Below, piece by piece: positions 10,103 to 18,050 of a DNA stretch of 64,000 nt. The DNA comes from an uncultured Acidobacteriota bacterium. GTDB taxonomy: Bacteria > Acidobacteriota > Thermoanaerobaculia > Gp7-AA8. The DNA lies in the NCBI GenBank assembly GCA_963741955.1, contig CAVUKB010000004.1, forward strand, positions 256,001-320,000, in the 5' to 3' direction. Position numbers and translations under genes: made by a program. Under the pieces are notes generated by a model. That model did not search any database and was not told where the DNA came from. It saw only the letters and a program-made list of their open reading frames with translations. Position 1 is the first letter of the stretch, and each line of letters begins with the position of its first letter.

Positions 10103-11875
10103 ATGGCAACCAGAGATCTGACCATCGCCATCGTCGGTTCCGGAGGCGATGGTGTCGTATCCATGGGTGAGATGATCGCCCAGGCCGCCGCGAGCGAAGG
10201 CGTTCACGTCATCAAGACCGAGTCGTACGGACCACAGATCCGTGGCGGCGAGTCGTCATGCACGGTTCGGCTCTCGGCTGATCCGCTCTATTCGCAGGGC
10301 GATTTCGTCGATGTGCTGGTGGTGTTCGGGTGGGCCGATTTCGCGCGTTTCAGGAGCGAGATCGTCGCCGGTCCCGATGCCATCGTGCTCTACGAGGAGA
10401 GCGACACCACTCCGCTGGAGTCGCTGGGTTTCGGCCCTGCGACGCGCCGGATCGCGATCCCCTTCATCGACGCCTCCAAACAGGCGACCGGTGGAACGAT
10501 CGGGAAGAACATCGTCACGCTCGGTATCCTCGCCAAACTCTTCAATCTTCCTGAAGACGCGCTGCGCAATGCGGTGAAGGCGAAATTTGCGAAGAAGAAG
10601 GCGGAAGTCGCCGAGTCGAACCTCAAAGCATTCGAAGCCGGTCTCGCGTATGCCGAGACGATGAAGCAGTCGCTTGGCGACAAGGCATTCACGCACACCA
10701 AGTCCGATCCGCACCTCCTGATGTCGGGCAACGAGGCGGTTGCGGTCGGCGCAATCCACGCCGGATGCCGCTTCTTCGCCGGCTACCCGATCACGCCATC
10801 TTCCGAGATCCTTCACTACCTTTCCGAGTGGCTGCCTCGGGTCGGGGGATCCGTGGTTCAGACCGAGGACGAGCTCTCTGCGCTCGGCGCGGTGGTCGGC
10901 GGCTCGTTCGCCGGCGTGAAGTCGATGACGGCGACGTCCGGGCCCGGGCTCTCTCTGATGAGCGAGATGCTCGGCCTCTCCACCATGGCGGAGATTCCGG
11001 CGGTGATCGTCGACGTGCAGCGCGGCGGTCCCTCGACGGGCAATCCGACCCGCAGCGAGCAGTCGGATCTGTGGCATGCGCTGTATGCGAGTCACGGCGA
11101 CGCGCCACGGGTGGTTCTCGCCGCCTCCGACGTCGAAGACTGCTTTCACACCACGGTCGACGCCTTCAACATCTCCGAGGAGTATCAGATCCCGGTGATT
11201 CTGCTGACCGACCAGTTCATCGGACAGCGGAAGGAGACTCTCCCCAAGGCATCGCTGGTTCACGAAGTGAAGAGCCGCACCGCTCCGACGGACGAGGAGA
11301 AGGTGGCGTACGAGCGGTATCGCGACACGCCGACCGGCGTCTCGCCGATGTCGACCCCCGGAACGAAGGGGGGGATGTACCAGACCAACGGTCTGGAGCA
11401 CGACGAGCACGGCGCACCGAACTCGATGTATCTCCTGCACGAGAAGATGAACGAGAAGCGATTCCGCAAGCTGTGGCCGATCCGGAAGAATTATCACTTC
11501 GTCCGGAAGTACGGCCCGGCCGAAGCGGAAGTGGGAGTGCTCTGCTGGGGATCGTCGAAGGGCGCGGTGGAAGAAGCGGTGATGCGCGCGAACCAGAGAG
11601 GGGAAAAGGTCTCGGCCCTGGTGCCGCAGATGATCTTCCCGTTCCCGAAACACGAATTCGAGGAGTACATGCGGGGAGTCGGCCGCCTGCTGATCGTCGA
11701 GTTGAACTACTCGGCACAGTTCTACAAATACCTCCGGACGTTCCTCGACTTTGCTCCGGGCAAAGTGCACGTCTACAAGCGCTCCGGCGGGAAACATCTG
11801 ACGGTCGCCGAAGTCGAGGAAGAGATTCGCAAGGTGCTCGAAGCGAGCTACACCCGTGAGGAGGTGCTGGTATGA
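10103..11875 (+). CDS. korA: 2-oxoacid:acceptor oxidoreductase alpha subunit (gamma-alpha fusion)
   Basis: GSGGDG, YGPQIRGG, AGYPITP, ATSGPG, QRGGPSTG; GGAGGA RBS; substrate specificity not determinable. Confidence 0.92.
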   Translation: MATRDLTIAIVGSGGDGVVSMGEMIAQAAASEGVHVIKTESYGPQIRGGESSCTVRLSADPLYSQGDFVDVLVVFGWADFARFRSEIVAGPDAIVLYEESDTTPLESLGFGPATRRIAIPFIDASKQATGGTIGKNIVTLGILAKLFNLPEDALRNAVKAKFAKKKAEVAESNLKAFEAGLAYAETMKQSLGDKAFTHTKSDPHLLMSGNEAVAVGAIHAGCRFFAGYPITPSSEILHYLSEWLPRVGGSVVQTEDELSALGAVVGGSFAGVKSMTATSGPGLSLMSEMLGLSTMAEIPAVIVDVQRGGPSTGNPTRSEQSDLWHALYASHGDAPRVVLAASDVEDCFHTTVDAFNISEEYQIPVILLTDQFIGQRKETLPKASLVHEVKSRTAPTDEEKVAYERYRDTPTGVSPMSTPGTKGGMYQTNGLEHDEHGAPNSMYLLHEKMNEKRFRKLWPIRKNYHFVRKYGPAEAEVGVLCWGSSKGAVEEAVMRANQRGEKVSALVPQMIFPFPKHEFEEYMRGVGRLLIVELNYSAQFYKYLRTFLDFAPGKVHVYKRSGGKHLTVAEVEEEIRKVLEASYTREEVLV

Positions 11876-12756
11876 CGTGCGAAGTAGTGGGTCAGACGAC
11901 GCAGTTCAAGGCGGGCGATTACAAGTCCGAGCTCAAGCCGGTGTGGTGTCCCGGTTGCGGAGATTTCGGTGTCCTCACGGCACTCTACCGTTCGATGGCC
12001 GAGCTCCAGCTCGATCCGTGGAACACGGTAGTGGTCTCGGGCATCGGATGTTCGTCCCGTCTGCCGGGATACGTCGATACGTACGGCGTGAACAGCCTTC
12101 ACGGACGTGCGCTCCCCATCGCCACCGGAGTGAAAGTGGCGCGACCGGAGACGAATGTCATCGCAGTGGGCGGTGACGGCGACGGCATGGCGATCGGGGG
12201 GAACCATTTCCTCCACACCGCGCGCCGGAACCTCGACATCACGTACATACTGATGGACAACGAGATCTACGGCCTCACCAAGGGACAGGCCGCACCGACT
12301 ACTCCGACCGGAGACCGGACCAAGTCGACCATCTACGGCAATCCGGAACCGGCGGTCGATCCGTGCGAGCTCGCGATCTCGTTCGGTGCGACATGGGTCG
12401 GGCGGGCGTTTTCCGGCGACGTGAAGTCGATGGTGACGCTCCTCTCCGCAGCGATGCGGCACACCGGGTTCGCGTTCCTCAACGTACAGTCTCCCTGCGT
12501 CACCTGGCGCGGCGACGACCAGTTCAAGACCCTGAAGGCGAAGCTCCGTTACCTCCCCGAAGATCACGATCCGAAGAACCGGACCGCGGCGCTCGCGTAT
12601 ACGCGCGAGAAGGACGTGATGACGGTGGGGCTGCTCTACGAGTCCGACGAGCCGTCGTATCTGCAGAATCTCGCCAAGCTGAACGAGAAGGCTCGCGCGA
12701 AATATCCAAACGTGACGATGGATCAGATCCTCGAAACGTTCTATCCGAAGGTCTAG
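11872..12756 (+). CDS. korB: 2-oxoacid:acceptor oxidoreductase beta subunit
   Basis: WCPGCG, SGIGCS, GDGD TPP motif, YGLTKGQ. Confidence 0.92.
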   Translation: MTCEVVGQTTQFKAGDYKSELKPVWCPGCGDFGVLTALYRSMAELQLDPWNTVVVSGIGCSSRLPGYVDTYGVNSLHGRALPIATGVKVARPETNVIAVGGDGDGMAIGGNHFLHTARRNLDITYILMDNEIYGLTKGQAAPTTPTGDRTKSTIYGNPEPAVDPCELAISFGATWVGRAFSGDVKSMVTLLSAAMRHTGFAFLNVQSPCVTWRGDDQFKTLKAKLRYLPEDHDPKNRTAALAYTREKDVMTVGLLYESDEPSYLQNLAKLNEKARAKYPNVTMDQILETFYPKV

Positions 12757-12978
12757 AAAGACATCTGAAAGACATCTAGTATCTAGGATCGAGGATCGAG
12801 GATCTGAAAGACATCGAGGATCCAGTATCGAGGATCGAGTATCGAGGATCGAGGATCTGAAAGACATCAAGGGTTCAGTATCGAGGATCCAGTATCGAGT
12901 ATCGAGGATCTGAAAGACATCGAGGATCCAGTATCGAGGATCCAGTATCGAGGATCGAGGATCTGAAAGACATCAAGG
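12755..12978 (+). repeat. Composite ATC-NNNN heptamer array with 53-bp higher-order period
   Basis: ATCTGAAAGAC at 12763, 12802, 12855, 12908 and 12961, separated by ATCGAGG/ATCCAGT/ATCGAGT units. Confidence 0.95.
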
Positions 12979-13110
12979 GTCGGGAGCGGGGAGATGATCC
13001 CCGAGCTCCACGATCACGACGGCATCAAGGCTTCCCGCCGTCGGTTCGGAGCGCTTTTCACGGGACGGGAGACGTGGGGAGAGCGAAGGCCGGCGGCGGG
13101 ATTTTTTACA

Positions 13111-13176
13111 GCATCTAGGATCGAGGATCGAGGATCGCGGATCTGAAAGACGTCTATGATCCAGGATCTGAAACAC
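13111..13176 (+). repeat. Degenerate copy of the same heptamer array
   Basis: ATCTAGG ATCGAGG ATCGAGG ATCGCGG ATCTGAAAGAC. Confidence 0.85.
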
Positions 13177-13256
13177 TGACAATCGATCGATGACCTGGTT
13201 CGAGCCTTCTGAAGGTATCGAAGCTCGATAGAACCTCCACGAACCCTCGCCGCTCC

Positions 13257-13441
13257 TCAGATCGTTGATCCTGCTCGCCAGATCCTCGATCCTCGATCCT
13301 CGATGCTTTTCAGATCCTCGATCCTCGATCCTCGATCCTCGATGTCTTTCAGATCCTCGATCCTCGATGTCTTTCAGATCCTCGATCCTCGATCCCAGAT
13401 AACAGATAACAGATAACAGATAACAGATCACAGATGCCTCT
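13257..13441 (-). repeat. Inverted copy of the heptamer array
   Basis: Minus strand reads AGAGGC ATCTGTG (ATCTGTT)x4 ATCTGGG ATCGAGG... ATCTGAAAGAC, starting at the stop of 13440..13682. Confidence 0.93.
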
Positions 13442-13682
13442 ACCGCATCATCTCGAGGAAGCTTCTGCGGTAGCCGTTGTACAGATGAGGGTGCGGGTCT
13501 CTTCCGACTTCCGCTGCTCCGGCGCGCTGCGCCGCGACCGGCAGCCCTGCAGTGTAGGCGTTGTCGATGTAGTCTTCGTCCGGCTCCTGGCCCGGGTGTT
13601 CTCTCCTGAATCGTTCTGCATCCGACACGGCGATTCTCGTCAACTCGTCGATGACGTGCTGTTCGACCACACGATCCGGCAT
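13440..13682 (-). CDS. Hypothetical protein (80 aa)
   Basis: Strong GGAGGAGG RBS and protein-like composition; no family recognised. Confidence 0.7.
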   Translation of the reverse strand: MPDRVVEQHVIDELTRIAVSDAERFRREHPGQEPDEDYIDNAYTAGLPVAAQRAGAAEVGRDPHPHLYNGYRRSFLEMMR

Positions 13683-13809
13683 GGTGTCCTCCTCCTGGGG
13701 ATCGTCCCTCCTGGTATTCTCTAAAGATGGTGCATTCGACGCCGTGCGGCAAGAGTCGGAGCGGGAGACCCGAGCCTCCCGGCCCGAATCTCCCGCCCCA
13801 TACTACCCA

Positions 13810-14046
13810 CTATCCGCGGCGCATGTTTCCGAGCTCGCGCTCGATGTTCGCCTCGCTCCATTTTTCGCGGCCGTAGCGCTGCTGGATCGTTCCGACGATC
13901 CGGTCCCGATGTCCGGCCATCCGCTCCAGCTCATCATCGCTCAGATCGCCCCATTTCTCGCGCATCCGGCCCTTGAACTCGTTCCAGTTTCCTTCGACTT
14001 CCGACCAGATCGACTGCTGCCGGTCCTGCTTTTCTCGTTCGTTCAT
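13810..14046 (-). CDS. CsbD/YjbJ-family general stress protein
   Basis: GNWNEFKGRMREKWGDLSDDEL...IQQRYG; AAGGAG RBS. Confidence 0.92.
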   Translation of the reverse strand: MNEREKQDRQQSIWSEVEGNWNEFKGRMREKWGDLSDDELERMAGHRDRIVGTIQQRYGREKWSEANIERELGNMRRG

Positions 14047-14102
14047 TCATTTCTCCTTTCGTTGGGTTTTCGTGCAGTCCTGCCACGAAGGTATGAATGA
14101 AG

Positions 14103-14118
14103 TGCAACCGATATGCCC
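14103..14118 (-). promoter_or_regulatory. sigma54-type promoter for the csbD-like gene
   Basis: GGGCATATCGGTTGCA (GG-N10-GC). Confidence 0.6.
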
Positions 14119-14123
14119 CCGGG

Positions 14124-14167
14124 AGAGTGGCGAGCGGCGAGCGGCGAGGGACGAGAGACCAGAGGGA
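14124..14167 (+). repeat. CGAG-NNN heptamers, with an inverted set at about 14735-14768
   Basis: CGAGCGG CGAGCGG CGAGGGA CGAGAGA; reverse-complement units lie downstream of the ASRT gene. Confidence 0.7.
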
Positions 14168-14200
14168 GGCCGGAGATGAGAGGCGCGCCTGTTCTGGTTT

Positions 14201-14216
14201 CGGCATTCATCCTGCT
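14201..14216 (+). promoter_or_regulatory. sigma54-type promoter for the ASRT gene
   Basis: CGGCATTCATCCTGCT (GG-N10-GC). Confidence 0.5.
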
Positions 14217-14276
14217 TCGTTCCGATCACGCTTCCGCGATGTCGCGTGGAGCCATCTCATTCGAGTGAGGGATTCA

Positions 14277-14654
14277 ATGGCGACGACGATCGGAAAGACG
14301 AAATGGGCGATTGCGGAAGGCTACATTCCCGACTGGAGCCATGGTCCGGAACCGCAGATGCTCAGTCACGAGACGGCGTGTCTTCTCAATCCGAACCAGA
14401 CGGATGCACACGTCCGGATCACGGTCTATTTCGAAAACCGTGATCCTGCAGGTCCGTATGAGATCACCGTTCCCGCGCGGCGGACCAGGCATGTCCGTTT
14501 CAACGACCTCGACGAGCCGGAACCGGTTCCGAAGGCGACGGACTATGCGAGCGTGATCGAATCGGACATTCCGATCGTGGTCCAGCACACCCGCCTCGAC
14601 TCGCGACAGGCGGAGAACGCACTGATCACGACCATCGCGTACTCCGAAGGTTGA
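14277..14654 (+). CDS. Anabaena sensory rhodopsin transducer (ASRT) family protein
   Basis: IGKTKWAIAEGYIP, SHETACLLN, RRTRHVRFNDL, VQHTRLDSRQ. Confidence 0.92.
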   Translation: MATTIGKTKWAIAEGYIPDWSHGPEPQMLSHETACLLNPNQTDAHVRITVYFENRDPAGPYEITVPARRTRHVRFNDLDEPEPVPKATDYASVIESDIPIVVQHTRLDSRQAENALITTIAYSEG

Positions 14655-14769
14655 ACCGCGAATCCGTCGTCTCTCACCGATCTCGCGCTTCTCGGATCGC
14701 CGCAGCACGCCGTGCTCGCCGCTCATCCTTATGTTTTTCGTTTCTCGTCTCTCGCCGCTCGTCTCTCAC

Positions 14770-14785
14770 CGGCACGCACCGTGCT
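14770..14785 (+). promoter_or_regulatory. sigma54-type promoter for the TPP enzyme gene
   Basis: CGGCACGCACCGTGCT (GG-N10-GC), about 38 nt before the ATG. Confidence 0.55.
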
Positions 14786-14822
14786 ACCCCTATAAGGGAG
14801 ACCAGATCGAGGAGGAAATCGA

Positions 14823-16610
14823 ATGAGCGAGACCGTCGGAGAATTCGTCATCAAGCGTCTGAATGAATGGGGCGTGAAGCGGATCTTCGGCTTCCCGGGC
14901 GACGGAATCAACGGCCTCATGGGCGGCCTGGAGAAGGCCGACGGCAACATGCAGTTCATCCAGGCGCGACACGAAGAGCTCGCCGCATTCCAGGCCTGCG
15001 CTCATGCGAAGTTCTCGGGCGAGGTCGGAGTCTGCATGGCAACGTCCGGTCCCGGAGCGATCCATCTCCTCAATGGTCTTTACGATGCGAAAAAGGACCA
15101 TCAGCCCGTCGTCGCGATCGTCGGACAGCAGTCGCGTGCGGCACTCGGCGGTGACTATCAGCAGGAAGTCGACCTGATCTCTCTTTTCAAGGACGTCGCA
15201 AACGACTACGTCCACACCTGTGAGACTCCCGCACAGGCACGCACTCTCGTCGACCGGGCCATCCGGATCGCCGTCGCGCAGAAAACGGTCACGTGCATCA
15301 TCTTTCCGAACGACGTGCAGGAAGCGGAGATGGAGAAGCAACCGCGTGCACACGGCACCGTGCACACCGGAGTGGGGCTGACGGTTCCGCGTGTCATCCC
15401 TCAGGAGAAGGATCTCGAGCGTGCCGCCGAAGTGCTGAATGAAGGAAAGAAGGTCGCCATTCTCGTCGGTGCGGGCGCGCTCGATGCCACGGACGAAGTG
15501 ATGGAGATCGCGGACGTCCTCGGCGCAGGCGTGGCGAAGGCACTCCTGGGGAAGGCCGTCCTTCCGGATGATCTCCCTTACGTCACCGGCGCGATCGGCC
15601 TCCTCGGGACGATGCCGAGTTGGACGCTCATGAACGAATGCGACACGCTCCTGATGATCGGCTCGAGTTTTCCATACTCGGAGTTTCTCCCCGAGGAGGG
15701 AAAGGCGAAGGGAGTCCAGATCGACATCCAGCCGCGCATGCTGGGTCTCCGCTTCCCGATGGACGTCAACCTGGTCGGAGATTCGAAACTCACTCTGAAG
15801 GAGTTGATCCCGAGGCTGAAGCGTAAGGAAGATCGTTCCTGGCGTGAGCAGATCGAAAAGGAAGTGACGACCTGGTGGAAGATTCTCGAGGACCGCGCGA
15901 TGAATTCGGCGAATCCGATCAATCCGCAGCGCGTCTTCTGGGAGCTCTCGCCGCGCATTCCCGACGACGCGATCCTCACGTCGGATTCGGGATCTGCGGC
16001 GAACTGGTATGCCCGCGACATCAAGGTGCGGCGCGGGATGATGGCTTCGCTCTCCGGAAACCTCGCCACTATGGGTCCGGGCGTTCCGTACGTCATCGCA
16101 GCGAAGTTCGCGTTTCCCAACCGCATGGCCATCGCGATGGTCGGCGACGGCGCCATGCAGATGAACGGGATCAACGGGTTGATCACCGTCTCGAAGTTCT
16201 GGAAAGAATGGAGCAATCCGGGGCTGATCGTCCTCGTCCTGAAGAACCAGGACCTCAACCAGGTCACCTGGGAGCAGCGGGTCCTCGCCGGCGACACGAA
16301 GTACAAACCCTCCCAGGACGTACCGGACTTCAAATATGCCGAATACGCCGAGTCCCTCGGGTTGAAAGGGATCGTGATGAAAACTCCGGAAGACATCGCC
16401 CCCGGGTGGGACGAAGCGTTCCGCGCCGACCGCCCCGTCGTCGTCGAAGCGTGGACCGATCCGGAAGTCCCGCCGCTTCCGCCGCACATCAAGTGGGAGC
16501 AGGCGAAGCACTTCGCGATGGCCACACTCAAGCGCGACCCGCACGCGATGCGCATGGTGCGCCAGTCGCTGAAGGACATGTCGTCGAACTGGAAACACGG
16601 GAAAATCTGA
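14823..16610 (+). CDS. Thiamine pyrophosphate-requiring enzyme (pyruvate oxidase/YdaP-like)
   Basis: FGFPGDG, RHEE, ATSGPG, GDGAMQMNG; GAGGAGG RBS. Confidence 0.92.
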   Translation: MSETVGEFVIKRLNEWGVKRIFGFPGDGINGLMGGLEKADGNMQFIQARHEELAAFQACAHAKFSGEVGVCMATSGPGAIHLLNGLYDAKKDHQPVVAIVGQQSRAALGGDYQQEVDLISLFKDVANDYVHTCETPAQARTLVDRAIRIAVAQKTVTCIIFPNDVQEAEMEKQPRAHGTVHTGVGLTVPRVIPQEKDLERAAEVLNEGKKVAILVGAGALDATDEVMEIADVLGAGVAKALLGKAVLPDDLPYVTGAIGLLGTMPSWTLMNECDTLLMIGSSFPYSEFLPEEGKAKGVQIDIQPRMLGLRFPMDVNLVGDSKLTLKELIPRLKRKEDRSWREQIEKEVTTWWKILEDRAMNSANPINPQRVFWELSPRIPDDAILTSDSGSAANWYARDIKVRRGMMASLSGNLATMGPGVPYVIAAKFAFPNRMAIAMVGDGAMQMNGINGLITVSKFWKEWSNPGLIVLVLKNQDLNQVTWEQRVLAGDTKYKPSQDVPDFKYAEYAESLGLKGIVMKTPEDIAPGWDEAFRADRPVVVEAWTDPEVPPLPPHIKWEQAKHFAMATLKRDPHAMRMVRQSLKDMSSNWKHGKI

Positions 16611-16800
16611 AAGACATCGAGGATCTGAGAAGCATCGAGGATCTTGTATCGAGGATCGAGGATCTGAGAACCGAGGATCGAGGATCGAGGATCTGAGAAC
16701 CGAGGATCGAGGATCGAGGATTGAGGATCTGACAAGCATCGAGGATCGAGGATCTGAGAAGCATCGAGGAAGCATCGAGCCTCTATCCTCGAGCCTCGAC
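16605..16800 (+). repeat. ATCGAGG heptamer array whose first unit contains the upstream stop codon
   Basis: ATC-TGA-AAGAC ATCGAGG ATCTGAGAAGC ATCGAGG... Confidence 0.93.
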
Positions 16801-16808
16801 ATCCGCAC

Positions 16809-17909
16809 ATGATGAACAATCCCACCATCGACGACGTATCCGTCACCGCGTACACAGTTCCGACTGCGACGGAGCAGGAGTCGGACGGGACGCTGCAGTG
16901 GGACTCGACGACGATCGTGATCGTCGAGCTCTCCGCCGGCGGGAAGAGCGGAATCGGCTACAGTTACACCCACACCGCCGCAGCGGATCTGATCGAGAAG
17001 AAGCTCGCGAAGTACGTGAAGGGGTGCAGTGCATTCGACATCAACGGCATCTGGCTGAAGATGGTCGAAGAGATCCGCAACCTCGGCCGCCCCGGCATCT
17101 GCTCGAATGCGATCTCCGCCGTCGACAACGCTCTGTGGGATCTGAAGGCGAAGCTCTACGACACGTCCGTGCTCGACCTCATCGGTGCAGTGCACGAGAG
17201 TGTCGCCGCATACGGCAGCGGAGGGTTCTGCAGCTATACCGTCGAGCAGCTGCAGGAGCAGCTGGGAGGATGGGCCGCCGAGGGGTTCGGTCAGGTGAAG
17301 ATGAAGGTGGGGCGGAAGCCGGAGGAGGATCTCGACCGCGCGCGTGCTGCTCGCGAAGCGATCGGTCCGGCCGTTCACCTCTACGTCGATGCAAATGGCG
17401 CTTACCGGCGCAAGGAGGCGCTCGATTTCGCGCGCCGCTATCGGGAGCTTGGAGTCACGTGGTTCGAGGAGCCGGTCTCGTCGGACGACCTGAAGGGGCT
17501 GCGCCTGATCCGCGACCAGGGTCCTCCCGGCCTCGATGTCGCGGCGGGGGAGTACGGGTACGACATCTTCTACTTCAACGAAATGCTCGATGCAGGCGCG
17601 GTGGACGTCCTGCAGGCGGACGCGACACGCTGCGCCGGCATTACCGGATTCCTCCAGGCGGCGACACTCTGCGAGGCGCGATCCATGCCGTTCTCGGCGC
17701 ATACCGCGCCCACCATTCACGCGCACGCGATGTGCGCGATCCGGAAGGCGATGAACGTCGAGTACTTCTTCGATCACTACCGTATCGAGCAGATGTTCTT
17801 CGATGGTGCGATCCGCGCGGAAGGGGGCCGTCTCACGCCGGACCGATCCCGTCCCGGGTTCGGAATCGCGCTGAAACGGAAGGACGCTGAACCGTATCGG
17901 GTAGCGTGA
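16809..17909 (+). CDS. Mandelate racemase/muconate lactonizing (enolase superfamily) enzyme
   Basis: KMK, YVDAN, WFEEP, AGEY, SAH. Confidence 0.92.
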   Translation: MMNNPTIDDVSVTAYTVPTATEQESDGTLQWDSTTIVIVELSAGGKSGIGYSYTHTAAADLIEKKLAKYVKGCSAFDINGIWLKMVEEIRNLGRPGICSNAISAVDNALWDLKAKLYDTSVLDLIGAVHESVAAYGSGGFCSYTVEQLQEQLGGWAAEGFGQVKMKVGRKPEEDLDRARAAREAIGPAVHLYVDANGAYRRKEALDFARRYRELGVTWFEEPVSSDDLKGLRLIRDQGPPGLDVAAGEYGYDIFYFNEMLDAGAVDVLQADATRCAGITGFLQAATLCEARSMPFSAHTAPTIHAHAMCAIRKAMNVEYFFDHYRIEQMFFDGAIRAEGGRLTPDRSRPGFGIALKRKDAEPYRVA

Positions 17910-18050
17910 GAAGTCTGCCGGCTTACACGAATATCCGCCTCATCCCGAGCCCGCCTCTGAAACCTCCGCGCCGTCCGGAACGACACCTGCACAGACTTCT
18001 GATGCGGCCTGTGCTTCGCGCGTGGCCTCAACTCAGGTCTGGAGGATGCA

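Noticed and set aside
12755-12978. CRISPR array (regularly spaced ATCTGAAAGAC)
   Set aside because: The repeat is only 11 bp, the spacers are themselves heptamer repeats, and there are no cas genes.
13190-13260. Remnant of a four-helix-bundle gene (RASIPSEGS resembling SIPSNIAEG)
   Set aside because: The match is very short and needs gaps; there is no supporting ORF.
12973-13752. ORFs with RYQIPDT, SSILDPR or SRLSPL repeats (also 6003-6305, 16528-16764, 27010-27336)
   Set aside because: They are translations of the heptamer arrays, not proteins.
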